Assembly (NCBI RefSeq): GCF_000143415.4
Contig: NW_003314272.1
Coordinates: forward strand, 1,558,374-1,622,373
DNA from: Selaginella moellendorffii
Lineage: Eukaryota > Plantae > Lycopodiophyta
Length of the DNA: 64,000 nt
Direction of reading: 5' to 3'
Shown: in pieces, positions 1-15,479 of the stretch
Numbering within the stretch: the stretch's first letter is position 1
Layout: every line of letters starts with the position of its first letter
The notes under the pieces: model-generated
What the model saw: only the letters and a program-made list of their open reading frames with translations
The model's database searches: none
Told to the model about the DNA's origin: nothing
Position numbers and translations under genes: made by a program

Positions 1-164
1 TGCAGCTCTCGAGCAAAGGATATCCTTGCAGTTCTTGCTTCCAGCAGCAAATTCGAGGACAAAGAATGGCAGGACTTTGAGAAGAATGTAAGAACTTTGA
101 GAGTTCTTACGTAGCAAAAACGGTTGAGAAGGAACCACGAACAGAAGAGAGTCGATCAAACCAA

Positions 165-2034
165 TTACTTTTTTTTCTTCTTCGCAGCTGCTTCTTTCTG
201 TGGATCCAAATTGCGCTCGCGTCAGTAATGACAAAAAAGAACTCACACAAATCACACCTTCTTGCGAGCGGCTTCTTCGGCCTTTTTCTTCTTGATGAAG
301 TAGCGATATCTTCGCTGTATGATCCTCGCGCATCTGTTGAACTTGAAGTTTGCTCTCTGTGAAGCAAGAACGAGGAGAGAAAAATGTGATTTTCTATCAG
401 CAAACAAAGCACTTACCGCATTGGCATCCTCCAAGCTTTGGCGTTCATTCTCCTGCAATCATCGAAGCTCGCGTTACAATAAAGGAAGAAAACAACCCGG
501 TTATAGAAGCAGACCTCCCATGCACACTGGCGATAGTATTCTTTGTAGAATCGCATTTTCTGGTCCACTTCTTTGTGTTGCACCTGATGAACAATTTGTG
601 GAGCAGATCAAGGGAGGAAACTTTCGTCAAACTTACGGATAATCTGTCAAGCTCATCCTTCTTCTTTGCGAGCTCAGTTTTGTAGTCTCGCAGCAAGTTA
701 GTCACCTCCTCCACGCTCTGTTCTTTCTTGCCGCGCGCAGCGAGCTCCAAGGCACGATTGTCCTCCTGCAACTCGACAAGTTATGTGATACTTGTCACGA
801 ACCGGAAACGAGGACCTGCATTTTGTCTATGGTGCTGGCTAACTGAGTGCATTCTTCGGAGAACTTCTTTTGCTGGAAAAAAGAGAAACGAGCCAGAAAT
901 CAGCAACGAAAGTAAAGCATTTGTAGCCAACCTTTTGGTTGAAACTCTTTGATTCATCGTCTTCAAGGGCGTCGAAGTCCTGTTGAAGCTGTCTCAGCGT
1001 TGCCAAAGCCTCGTTCTTTTCCGCTTGTATCTCTCCTGCAGTCCCAGGTGTGTTACGTAATGACCCAATGCGTCAGTCACGGTAGAGGCTGTGTGCCTTG
1101 CAAGTGACGCTCGGAAAACTTGAAGTCCTCGAAAGCTTTCGAGCGTAGATCTCGTTCAGTCTGCAACTGCTGAGACAGACTTGTGTGATCTTTGATGGCC
1201 TGACAATAAAACGAGAAGTTCTCAGAAACTTTCGACTAGAAAAAACACGCCATACCCTCTCCTCGCGCCGGAAAACTTCATCCAAGTAGGCATTTATCGC
1301 GCTTTCTTCCTCGAGTGTTGTCGTCAATCGTTTCACAACCAGACTCCTGAACTGGAAAATTTAGATGTTTCGATCACAGAACCATGACAAAGAAAAGCAC
1401 GCTTACCTTTTCCAGTATACTAAAAAACATCGACAGGCTCTTCGATTGCTCCTCCCTCGTAGAAAAGAAGTAATTTAGTGCCGCCCCGCGAGTCTATTCT
1501 TTGTAAGCAAACGCATCAAAAACAAAACGTTTAGCGATCATTTCAAAAAAAAAAACGCGAGAATTTTCATCTACACTGAAGAGCCGGCAAGCTCGCCACG
1601 TCGCGATGGAGAGCTCTTTCTCCTTGATGGGAATATCAGGCCCGCTCGCAGCCTCGTAAGCTACCGAGCAAAGCCTCACCTCATTGAGTGCCGCATAAGC
1701 TTCCTGGGCTTACAAAACCACGCACAGAAAATAAAACCATCACGAAACCAAAGAAGGAAGCGAAGAAATTCCTCTTTACCGAATCCAGGCTTCCTTTGGA
1801 CAACTCCAGCTTCTCCAGTGTCTTCTCGGAGACATAGGTGAGGCACCTAAGACGAAGGAATCGCCCACATTTCGATCAGGAAGGAAGAGGGCGCCACACC
1901 CAAGCTTACTTCATCATCGCGAGCGCCTCGTCGACCATGGAGAGGAGAAGCTGGCAAGTGGGCGCCGGCGCGGAGTCGCGGATCCGCGCCGTGAAGGGCC
2001 GGGAAGCGCTCTCATCGTCCTCTCCAGCTTCCAT
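165..2034 (-). CDS. DRC10: DRC10/IQCD-like dynein regulatory complex subunit (coiled coil + C-terminal IQ motif + Lys-rich tail), ~13 exons, apparently intact
   Basis: Manual splicing gives a continuous frame: MEAGEDD...LLSMVDEALAMMKCLTYVS...FRSLVVKRLTTTLEEESAINAYLDEVFRREER...EDNRALELAARGKKEQSVEEVTNLLRDYKTELAKKKDELDRL...RCARIIQRRYRYFIKKKKAEEAARKKKEAAAKKKKK* (ATG 2034, TAA 167-165). These blocks match remembered IQCD motifs (SILDEAI, LTTxxEE, LRKKK..E.EIENWIQKYD.EM.EKQEEL, IQ motif, basic tail). One intron appears to use a GC donor (~1096). Confidence 0.72.
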
Positions 2035-2307
2035 GAAGCCCTAGCCCTAAAATTCAAAAGACCGGCATATTCTGGTACATTGAATCTCGGCCGTCCAAAG
2101 GCAACTTTGTCTCCTAGCTTGGGTCGGGAGCACGACCTGTGGAAGATCTTGGAAGAACTCAAAAGAGGGGAAAAAAGAAAGTGGCCGACATGGCTCGTAA
2201 TAGTGCCCGTGGGTAGCTGTCCTCATCAAAAGCTGGGCTGTTCACCGACAAAAGGGTATGAAATTCAACCACGATGGATCGAATTTTCTTTCAGATCGCG
2301 CATTCGT

Positions 2308-2407
2308 GCATCGATCGATTTTGCCATCCATCCATCCATCAATGCCGTCGCATCCAGCATCGATCCATTTTGCCATCCATCCATCCATCAATGCCGTCGC
2401 ATCCAGC
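2308..2407. repeat. Tandem duplication of a 49-bp unit containing (CCAT)n, in the divergent intergenic region
   Basis: gcatcgatc(g/c)attttgccatccatccatccatcaatgccgtcgcatcca starts at 2308 and again at 2357. Confidence 0.9.
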
Positions 2408-2752
2408 GCGGGGTTTTGTGAGATCCCATGCACAGTGGCTGTCGAGAGATCTGTGGCAAGAAGGGAAGAAGGCTTGAAGGTTAGGAGCACCAAAAACTTT
2501 TTGCATCATCCGCGAGAGTGAGAGAGGCGAAGAAAAACAATAAAGTAAAAGTGATAGTTTTGGCGGAAAGGAAGAAGGATGTTGCTGCTGGATTCTATAG
2601 TGGTCGCTCTAGCACAGGAGAATCGCCTGCAAAACAATAGAAGAAGCCTTACTGCCGAAGAACTCGAGGAGAGAAAGCTTACCATCGTGTCCAATCTTTC
2701 GCGATTCCAGACGAGCTCCAATCTAGCTCCCAAATCGTCTAGTCGCGATCAA

Positions 2753-4437
2753 ATGGAGATCGAGGAATCGTGCAGCAGTGATCCAGCTACTGACCACCAA
2801 AACTCCTTGTCAATGCACAGTTCTTCTCCCGAGCAAAGCAGGAGTGACTTCTCACCAGATATGTCGCTGGAGACGATCTTTTCCAAGTTGGTGACCAAGG
2901 AACAGGAGAAGATCCGCAAGAGCGTCTCGCAGCACGCAGGGAAGAATGCCCGTGCTCCGTTCGAGTGGGACGAATCGTGGCCTGGAAATTCACTAGCTCG
3001 AGGAGATCAAAGCGAAGAAAAAGAAGAAAAAGGATTTTACTCTCCACATCATACTGCTTCGTCTTCCATGAAGAACACCAAGAGCTTCTTCCCAGGTAAG
3101 TCCATAAGACATTCTCCCAGCAGCTCCATCAAAATCTCTCTTTCGTTCTTCGCTTTCTCTCAGAGTCTGAAATGTATCACCACCACCATGATCATCAAAG
3201 CCGAGAGGACGAGCTCGAGGAAGCTAGCAACTTGTCACCAACAACAGTCTTCCACTACGGGAGAACAGCCGGGAGTTCTTCGTCCGAGTCCACACCCCCA
3301 GCTCCAAAGCTCAAAGATCTCAACTCTATCCTTCCATTCCCGGCCTCGTTCCCCTCCGTCACGACCCCGATGGAAGCTCTCCTCCTCGCAAACGACCGCG
3401 GCTTTAGCTTCTCCATGTCCCAAGCAGTCCCGGACTCGCCAACCGAGGACCAGCTTCACGCCATCTCTCCGCTAAGCTTCGACACCGGAAGCCCCTGCGA
3501 GCACATCCTTCCCGGCCGCCTCGACTTCTACACGTACTACCGCCAGCACCAGCAGCAGCAGGAGGCCAAGAAGCTCCGAGCAAAGTCGGGTCCCCAGAAG
3601 CTTGGTTCTTCCTCGTCACTCTGGGGACTCACCAAGAGCATCAGCTTCTCGGGGGGACCTCGGCACAGCAGCAGCGATATCTTCCTCCTGCCGAGAAGAT
3701 CAAACACCAGCCAGGCTCCTCACATTAGAAACAATTCTTCCACTGTTTTGAGCAACAGCACTGCTCACCACAACGTGAACCCGACCAGCTCGGAATCCAA
3801 GGAGAGCTCCAGCCGGAGTAGCAGCAAGAACAGCAACACCACCGTCACCAGCAGCGAGTTTAGCATCGAGCTGGCCGGGTCGAGGCCGAGCGGGATCGAC
3901 GCCAGCGCCTTGAACAGCTCCAGGTACCTCGACTTGGACTTCACCAAGAACACTGTCGACGTCGAGCAGCAAAGCCAGGAATTCTTTGCCGCCACCTACA
4001 AGGACAAGCACAGTATGTTATACGATGTCAAGTCGGAGATCCGGAGCAGAGTGGAGGAAGTCGTCCGCAACACGGACGAGTCGAAGTTCACATTCTCACC
4101 TGTGAATTCATCCTTCCTGTTTCCAAAGTCAACATCGCGGGACACCAGCACCACCACGGGCCTCTACTCCGGCAACTTCAACTTGGATGGTCTCATCGAC
4201 TTCCAGCCCGGCGAGGAGAAGAGCTCGGGCGTCGAGGACACGGCCAGGACGCGCAGCGTCATCGAGAGGATGTATGGAACCGGGAGCCCCCGAGCTGGAG
4301 AGACGAGTAGCGAATCCAAAGTAAGACTCGCGAGCTTTCCTTCTTATCGTGCTCAATTTTTCCTTTCTGCTTTGTCTCAGTGGTCCGATTCGTTCCTCTG
4401 GATTTGCTGCTGCACAAGGAGAAGGTCCACAAGTTGA
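2753..4437 (+). CDS. Ser-rich, probably disordered protein of unknown function with an APFEWDESWPG motif (DUF688-like PFxWE..PG) and a C-terminal ICCC-basic tail
   Basis: Exon 1 is 2753-3095; a GT..AG intron at 3096-3163 joins it in frame to the 3172-4437 ORF. A probable in-frame 60-nt intron lies at 4321-4380. Confidence 0.7.
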
Positions 4438-4470
4438 GGAAAACCTCCACGATCGAAGTTCTCACGAGTT

Positions 4471-7434
<2,964 letters not shown>

Positions 7435-7802
7435 ACTACTACTACCCCGGCACATGGGAAGAACACTCGACCATGGCCCTCGGATGCGAGGATCCGAGGG
7501 CGAAGGCGGTGCCACGAAGCTGGCAGTTAGGGCTCGCGATGCCGGCCGGTGTGGCAGGCAGCGAGGAAAAACAGGAAAAAAAATCGCCATCCATCACACC
7601 CAAGATCCAAGGAAGCTCACACAAGTAAGCTTTTGACGCCACCACGATCGCCCATCTGGATCCACGATCGATCAAACCGGCGGAGCGGTGACCCAATTGC
7701 GAGCCCTGGCGTGGGCTCCAATGCAAATCGCGAGATGCGCTAAGCTGGGAGTGTGAGCGGAGGAGAGAGAATAAGAACAACCCGAGCAAGAAGAGATAGA
7801 TC

Positions 7803-9406
7803 ATGACGAAGATGGAGGTAAAGAAGCAGCAGCAGCAGCCAGCGGCGAGGCCGATGAGCGCCGGGCCGGGGCCGCGGGCGGCCAGCCCCTACAATCCAAA
7901 GCCACGCTCGGATGCGTCGCTGCGCGCCGTCATGGATCTCTCGGGCGCCATGCCGATGATGCCCATGACGCCGCCACCGCCCAATGGGCTCAAGGGCATG
8001 GCCGTGTCGCCCGCGACGCTGTCGATGCGCGCCAAGGGGAGCCTCATGCCCAAGAAGATCCTCATGGGCTCCAGGGACAAGGAGGCGCTGCTCGAGGAGA
8101 TTTTGGAGCTCAAGAGGGTGCTCTACGAGCAGGATAAGCACATCAAGTTCCAAAAGGTCCACACCTCGGCGCTTGAGATCGAAAACAAGTACTTCTTGCC
8201 ATCCTCCAAACATTTCTAGCTATAAGCCCGGTCAGTGTTCTTGGTTTCTCCAGCGAGGAACAAACTTGTTGATCTCGCGTTTCTTGGCAGAAAGCTCGAG
8301 CGAGACATCGAGGATTTGGAAGCACAGGGAGCGGCCGAGGCTCCCAGAACCGGAGGCTCATCGCGTCTACGAGCAAAGCTACAAGGTTTCCTTTCTCTCC
8401 AAAGTGTTCTTCGCGAGGATTCACCTTGCAAGCTTCTTCGCTCCAGGATTGAAAATGCGGATAAACGACTTGCAATCAACCTGTGACAGGCAGCTGGAGG
8501 AGCTCGCGCTCCTTCGCAAGGACTTGCGTGTTTCTCATACAAAGGCAAGCTTTCGTCACTCTTTCAAGCTTTCCTTTCATCACTCCTCGATCTAACGCGA
8601 TGATCCACCAGGAAGTTGAAGTAGAACGGGACGTGTTTGCCGGGGAGGTCGGGAACTTGCAAAAGCTGGTCCGGCGGCTCAACGCCACGCACAACCGGAT
8701 AAGCTGCCAGAACAAGGAGCTGGGACGCCTCAAAGAGAAGGCCAACATCCTCGAGACGACACAGCACAGGCTCCAATCCTCCATGCAAGTAAGGAGCTTC
8801 CGTCCTTCTGTAGATCTACGTCCATAGCCTTTAGATCATCCAGGTCCGGGCAAGATCTCACGTAGAAACTTTGGAGCTAACACACTCTTCCAGGCCGCTC
8901 AAGACACTTTGGAGCGAGCGAGCTACGAGCTCAAGGGCTTCCGCAACAAGGCCCGGGAGACGACGCTGGAGGCGAGCCGGAACATGAAGCGGTGCAAGGA
9001 GCTCCAGCAGCACGCCGGCTTCCTGGAGCAGCTCCTCGAGAAGGAGCGCGTGGACAAGGAGTACTTCGAGAAGAAGGTGTTCCAGCTCGCGCAGGAGCTC
9101 CGGCGGGTGGACACGCAGCTCCAGAACGCCAAGGGCTACTCGAGGGTGAACGCGTTCAAGGGGATGCCCAAGAAGAAGCCGCCGGAGCCGCCACCATCGG
9201 TGAAGAGCACCACGACCACGACCACGACGAGCAGCGGCGCAAACACGCCCAAGAAGGTGAGAGTGGCGTCGCCGAGAGGCGGGGCATCGCCGCGATCGCC
9301 CAGAGGGAACGTAGTGCCCGACCAGGACGTGGTGGACATCACCAACAGGCTCGTCAATGCGGCGCAGTTCCACTTCGAGCAAAGCTTCAAGCACAAAGGC
9401 GAGTAG
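7803..9406 (+). CDS. IQCE: IQCE-like coiled-coil protein (N-terminal IQCE-type region; no IQ motif seen), 5 exons
   Basis: Exons 7803-8188, 8291-8385, 8447-8544 (GC donor AAG|GCAAG), 8612-8788 and 8894-9406 splice in frame. RDKEALLEEILELKRVL..ALEIENKKLERDIEDL..GLKMRINDLQSTC..LRKDLRVSHTKEVEVERDVFAGEVGNLQKLV parallels the remembered IQCE blocks KEDMYDEIIELKK, RLEEENSRKDRQIEQL and GLKQRILKLEQQC..EEVHRLQTLL. Confidence 0.6.
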
Positions 9407-9590
9407 CTATGGCAATTTAAACGAGAATATACTAGCGGTATATTCACGGCCAGGCGCATCGCCACCGTTGATCACGCCATCGACACATCCCAGCCGTCGA
9501 GATGCAGTCGTTATGAGAAGCTAGGGTTTCCTCCCTAAATTTTTTTCACTTAGCAAAGCTTGCGCGAGAGAGGAGAGGAGAAGCTCTGCG

Positions 9591-10511
9591 ATGGTGCGCG
9601 AAGACGGTGAGTTCGACGAAGACGACTGTGCTGAGCTCCTCAAGGTCTACACGAGGGGCGAGAGGCTGGGCTGCGGGCGCCAGGGCCAGGTTTTCGTGCT
9701 CAAAGGTGCCAGGAGCTACGCTGGGAAGATGTTTCGATCGGGGAGGGAGGCCGGGAGAGAGCTCCGGCTCATGTCCAAGCTCCGCCCCTGCGCTGGAGTG
9801 GTCTCCCTCACGGGCTTCGTGAGGGAGAGGAGCGGCGGGGCTTGCTACGGGACCATGGTGATGGAGCTGTGCGGCCCTAGTCTGTGCCATCGATTGATCA
9901 AGGGAGGGCCGCTGGGCGAGGAGGAGGCCGCCAAGACCATCCAGAGGCTGGCGGAGACGCTCAAGGAGATCCACTCCAGGGGCATCGTCCATCGGGATCT
10001 CAAGCCGGAGAACATCTTCGTCAAGCTGGACGCTAGTGCCGTGCACGAGGTGGTGATTGGAGACTTTGGCGTGGCCACGGACGACATCAAGGAGATGTCG
10101 CAGTACTGTGGAACGGGGAAGTATATGGCCCCGGAGGTGGCAAGCTGCAAAGGTGGTCATGGCGATGGAAGCTCGCAGAGCTTGTACACCAAGGCCGTCG
10201 ACGTTTGGGCGCTGGGAGTGATCGCGTATGAGCTGCTGAGGGGCTACAAGCTGCCCCAGCAGATCGAGCTCTTGCGAGGCGGGGTATTCCCGGATGGTTC
10301 TCCTGTCTCGGACGAGGCGGAGGATCTCATCTGCGGGATGCTGGCTGTGGAGCCGAGCGAGAGGCTGACGCTGGATGGCGTGCTGGAGCATCCCTGGATC
10401 GTCGGTAATTGCAAGATCGAGACGATGTCTCGCAGGAGGCGCTGTGGAGTGAAGAGGAGTGCTCCTGGCCATGGTAGCGACTTGGTTGTGAAGAAAATTC
10501 GAGCGGCATGA
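9591..10511 (+). CDS. Intronless CAMK-group Ser/Thr protein kinase (PPCK/PEPKR-like minimal kinase) with basic C-terminal tail
   Basis: GxGxxG loop (LGCGRQG), YAGK, HRDLKPEN, DFG, GTGKYMAPE, VDVWALG and LEHPWI; single 306-aa ORF. Confidence 0.9.
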   Translation: MVREDGEFDEDDCAELLKVYTRGERLGCGRQGQVFVLKGARSYAGKMFRSGREAGRELRLMSKLRPCAGVVSLTGFVRERSGGACYGTMVMELCGPSLCHRLIKGGPLGEEEAAKTIQRLAETLKEIHSRGIVHRDLKPENIFVKLDASAVHEVVIGDFGVATDDIKEMSQYCGTGKYMAPEVASCKGGHGDGSSQSLYTKAVDVWALGVIAYELLRGYKLPQQIELLRGGVFPDGSPVSDEAEDLICGMLAVEPSERLTLDGVLEHPWIVGNCKIETMSRRRRCGVKRSAPGHGSDLVVKKIRAA

Positions 10512-12982
10512 GTGAAATCCGGTAAGAACTCGTTTGTTGATTTTTCATTTCTTTACTAACTTTGTTGTTTGTTCTAGACATCGAAACATTTTCGTGTCTC
10601 TAGCTAGCTGAAAATTGTTTCTGGGAATCCTATGATGAATTCATTCTTAGAATTTTCAATTATAAATTAATATAAGTTTCTACAGTTTCTTAAGTTTCTA
10701 AATTTACTTCTTAATTTTTTTTGAATGTTTAAGAATGTTTCTTTGTGAGTGAGAGATGGATCAAACATTTCATCCTAAAAATTAGATTTAAGTTAAATAT
10801 ATATTAATTATAATTTTATTTAATATTTATTAGTGGTAACTATTTGCTCATTATAACTCATAGAGTATTAATATTTAAATATAAATTTTCTTTTGTGAAT
10901 CAAACATTAATAATAAACTTTTAAACAAGAATGTGATCAAATACATAAAACACTTTTGCTCTTATACTTATGAATTACCAATTGTGTTATTTGCACATAA
11001 ATTTTTTTGTAACTTATCACTTATAATATTAGCATAAAAAGTAAGAAAAATAGTCACTACTTAATGAAATTATAATCATATCTTATTAATTATTAAATTA
11101 ATTTATTTTTACATAATATATTTATACATTTAAGATTTATGGCAAAAACTTTAGGAAGTGAATATACTTTAATAAAACACTTGGCCTCTTTGTGAAAATA
11201 TATTTTATTTATAGTTACTATAAAATAATATTTTAAACTAAATACTATGTATAGACATTGAGAGCTCGCTACGTTGAGCGAACACAAATCCTTTAGATCA
11301 TTTTGGCTGATATATGTATTGAGATGAAACAGACTCAAACTTTCTTACATCAACACACATTACATACATACATACATATATATATATATATTTTAGATAT
11401 ATAAATTTAAAAATTATATGTGTTTGAATTCTTTATGACATGTATGACTCACAAAATAATTTAGCAAAAAAAATTTAAGTTCTTCTTTTTTATTTAAGTT
11501 TAGCAAAAATAACAAGGAAGATTGTGAAAGTTTAAATTAAATATGGCCATAAACCTCCACACTATTTAGTCTAATGGGGTCTTATTAATCTCTATGTAAG
11601 AATCACAAGTGTTATACATATTGCTCAACTTGAGCAAACATTTAATCTAAGACAGTAAAATTTTGTGGCATCAACCAAGTTTTGGATAAAATTATTAGTG
11701 GATTAAAAATTGTGGTTTCATATGCCATGTTAAATTAGTTGGAGCTCGTGATCTTATTGCTTAACAGCATGTTGAATGAAATATTAAAAAAACAATCCAT
11801 CCAATTGTGATAATAAATTTTATAATCCTAAACATATTTACTCATTCCCAAGCCATTATTATGCATATAATCACATTTCAATTGCTATTATAACAATCAA
11901 AACAATCAAAACATGATTGTATACATTATAACATTGTGTGCAATTCAAAACCAAAATATACGTGTAAATATATAATGCTCATGTGAAATCACTTGTTCGT
12001 TTGATGCATAGAATCTGCAAATAATTTCCAAAATGTATTACTTTAATATTAATCTTAAATATACAAGAATATATCCGATCTTTGTGCTTGAGAACCAGGC
12101 TTTTTTATATGCATTCCTGCTCTGTTGGAGGGATTCCTGCAGCAAGCCAGATTTTGAGACCTGCGCAAGCGCGGATCTCGGGCAGCTCCTTCACGAGGAA
12201 ATCCTGTTCTCCCAAACGTAATCGCAGCATCGATTCCTGGGAAATCGCTCAAGTTGTGAGGCACAATCCTGTTGGAGCAAGAGATGGATTTGGAAAATCA
12301 AGAAGGGCCATTTGCGAGACGGATGGAGCTGGATCAAGAATGCGTGAATGATTGATTGATTGATTGATAAAAATTGCCCATCACAGGAGAACTCCTTCCT
12401 AGACAAAAAACTGCAAAAGCTTCTATGGATTTATAAAAGGAAATATATTATCGCCATCACAGCTTTACGCATTGAATCTTACAGACTTTGAAGACTTTCC
12501 CAAGGCTCGTGATGACTAATCATCAACGAGCACTGAGGAATCGAACGTAATTGCAGCATGTCCTGTGGTTTATGATTTCCAATCGCTCAAGTTGTGAGGC
12601 ACAATCCATGGGGGCACTTCTAAGAGCAAGAGATGGATCTGGGAGAAGAATCAAAGCGCAGACAAGGATTGCAAGAGGGGCCATTTCACGAGATGGATGG
12701 AGTTAGATTGAGAATGTGCTTAAAACGTGACACTGGTAAACAAATCTCCATACCGAATCCTTTTCGTTTTGGCTCGCAACTATAGAGCTACTTTTTAAAC
12801 ATTTTCTGTAAATGGCGCTTAAAAACATTTGGTCAGCGCATTCCAACCGTCCGGTCAAAATAGTCAACGTGAACGTATTGCTGGAACGCCTCTAGTGGTG
12901 TTGGGTCGTGCGCCGGTACCGCGCGTCATACTGTGGGTAAGTCATTATATGAAACGTCCACTGGAGGCGATGGGTACGAGGT

Positions 12983-13013
<31 letters not shown>

Positions 13014-13037
13014 CTCTCATCGAGTCCTCGTTGTATC

Positions 13038-14410
13038 TCAGAACCTGAAAATTGGCGCCTTAGACCCACAAATATAAGCCTTGTCCATTACCTCGTTTTG
13101 TATCAGCTCCACTTCGTCGTGTAAGGCCTTGAGCCCGGCTTCTTTCTTCGACCGAGCCTCGTTTAAGTTACTTGTGATAATTTCCACCTGCAAAAGAATT
13201 TGAATCTGAAGAACAAACCAAATTAAGCGTTCGTACCTCGTCTTGCTTTCTCGCGATTTGCTCTTCCTGTTTATCCAGTTGATCAATCAGGGGCGCATTT
13301 TGCAACCTGAAATCTTCAAGCTCCTTGACCGTCTCCTGGCACTTGACGTCGAAGGACGAATCTAGCTTCTCCAGTAGATTGTGAAAGTGCTGGCCTGAAA
13401 GATACTTGAGTTAGTATCACATGTGAATACCAAGAGCCAGCTGCACACTGGTAACCGAATGCTTCTCTTCATTCTCTTTAAGTTTCACCTTCATGTCCTT
13501 CGAATCTTTCACCATTTTCTTCTGAAGAGCCGCCTGTACAGCAAAACAAGTCAATCCGTCGTGCGAGTCGAGCGAGAGTAACGAAATTACCTGCTTGTCC
13601 AGCGAGTCCATCATATCAAGGCATTTTTGCACTTTCCTTTTCGCCTAAGAGGTTGCAACATGATATAAGGTTTGCTCGGCCAAGGAAAGACAAAATAAAT
13701 ATTAACGCACTTTTGTGTATGCCTCGTACTTGTGCTTCCATTTGACGACGGATTGACGGGCCGATTCAACCTCAGCTTCCGCATTCTGAACAGCCGCCCT
13801 CCTGTCTTCAAGCATTTTCTGGAAAGGGAGCGCAACGTTAGACCGAAAAGAACAAGAAAAAAGGAAGTAGAATATAGAATTTCAGAGCTTACCCGAAGCT
13901 TGTCGGGAGATTGTACAATCTGTGTCCGCAGCTGGAACCCTTCTTGTTTCATTTGAGCAACAGAGGCTTTCTCGCTTACAATCTAAATACAAACCAACAT
14001 CTCACTGTTTAAGAAGAAGAAAAAACACTCCACAATTCAGCTCCTCTTTGATGCCACGTATGTCGCTTTGCAACACGGCTTGTTGTTTGTTGAGATCGTA
14101 GATTTTCTGCTCCAGTTCTTTCGCCTCCACGGACAATTTCTGGACTTGAGGCTCCTCAGCTTTCGCTCCGCCTCGCCTTGAGCAATTGCGTTTTGAAGCT
14201 AAAGATGAAGAGATTAGCATGTTCTTGTACATCTTAACACGGAAAGAAAGCAGCCTTCTCACCTGTATCCTGGTTTCTTCCAATTGCTGGATTCTGTCGT
14301 CTCGGTATCCCTCTCCGCTCAAAAGTAGTTAGCATTCTGATCAAACAAAAAAGAAGAAAGACGCCACACCCGAAGTACGCAAAGTTGATCACTGTTCTAG
14401 CCGGCTCCCG
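13038..14410 (-). pseudogene. NUF2: NUF2 kinetochore protein, 5'-truncated multi-exon fragment
   Basis: RTVINFAYF, EEPQVQKL..KELEQKIYDLNKQQAVL and IVQSPDKL motifs. Introns are retained, there is a 1-nt frameshift near 14160, and no calponin-homology N-terminus is seen upstream. Confidence 0.75.
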
Positions 14411-14764
14411 CCTGAAAATATCAATCATCCACACCAACGGCATGCATGAGCTTGGAAAGAGCTCCTGATGCCGCACGCAATCCAAGGCGCCAAGAACGGG
14501 CTGCTGTCAGTCATGTTTGGTGGCAGCAACGCTCTTTGCATCCACTTCCTCCCCGCGATGGAGTCCATGCAATTGCTTTTTCCAATCGTAAGTGTTGCAT
14601 GACCCGGCCATGGAGGAGCATAAACTCTAGAAAACAATTTGGTGGGAAGATAAACTGTATACACGTCCGCCGCGATCACATTGACTCTAGCAGTGCGCTC
14701 GTTGACTAAATTGACCAGGCGCGTTGACTGGCACTGTATCACGTTTTCGAGCTGAAAAATTCCG

Positions 14765-15320
14765 CTATCGTTGTCGGCTTTCCTCGCTTGTTGCTTTGGA
14801 CACCCATTCTACCTGTAATTCTTGCTGGATTTCAGAGGGAAGCTCTGCAAACACGCTGTGATCGACCTCTTCCTGCTTATACTCCCAAGCCACGGTTTCT
14901 TCCTTCCTCTCCGGTTGGGATTCCGGAATGGAGCCGTCTGTGGGAACACTAGCGCCAGCCCTATCTTCCTCAAGACGTACCTCCTTGGAGATCGATGGGC
15001 ACTGTTGTTGCTGCTCACTGGCGTTTCTAGGGTCTCCTGTTACTGGAGGCCACTGAGTGATTGGATTCACTCCCTGGAAAGAGCAAACAACATCCTTACT
15101 AATGGTTTGAAAAAATCGTACCATCGGCTTTGCCATGATATTTGAGGTAGTAACAGATAGTCTTGCGCTGCTGGTTATCTCGCTTTGCTCCTTTCCAGCT
15201 GAGTGGTGAGAGAAAAACTCGTGCAAGCTTCACTCGAAGAGGTATCGGCTGTCTACGATCTTGTCTATGCCATATCTTAAAGGCCGCAACTTTGAGGAGA
15301 ACTTTGGAGCCTCCAGTGAG
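14765..15320 (-). pseudogene. POLH: DNA polymerase eta (POLH) C-terminal fragment with ubiquitin-binding motif
   Basis: KFSSKLRPLRYGIDKI, RLSVTTSNI..MVRFF and WEYKQEEVDHSVFAELPSEIQQEL match the plant POLH C-terminus from memory; internal stop. Confidence 0.72.
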
Positions 15321-15479
15321 TGATAAGTAAGGACCATGACACAAAAGTTTAGCTGGGACTTACAATGTGACATGAATTGTGAGAAGATGCGCAGTGCGAT
15401 TGTTTTGTAACCACAGGGTCCACAACCACATCCTGGCTTCAATATTATCTGATCGCTTCTTTGGGCGCTCAGCCATTGA

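Noticed and set aside
9546-10472. 308-aa minus-strand ORF
   Set aside because: Antisense shadow of the kinase.
12243-12720. Two related ~100-130-bp segments (aatcgctcaagttgtgaggcacaatcc at 12243 and 12581)
   Set aside because: A real local duplication, but I could not identify any gene or element.
14810-14890. DNA polymerase iota (because of the UBM motif)
   Set aside because: Flanking motifs and the second relic at 59199-59990 match plant Pol eta instead.
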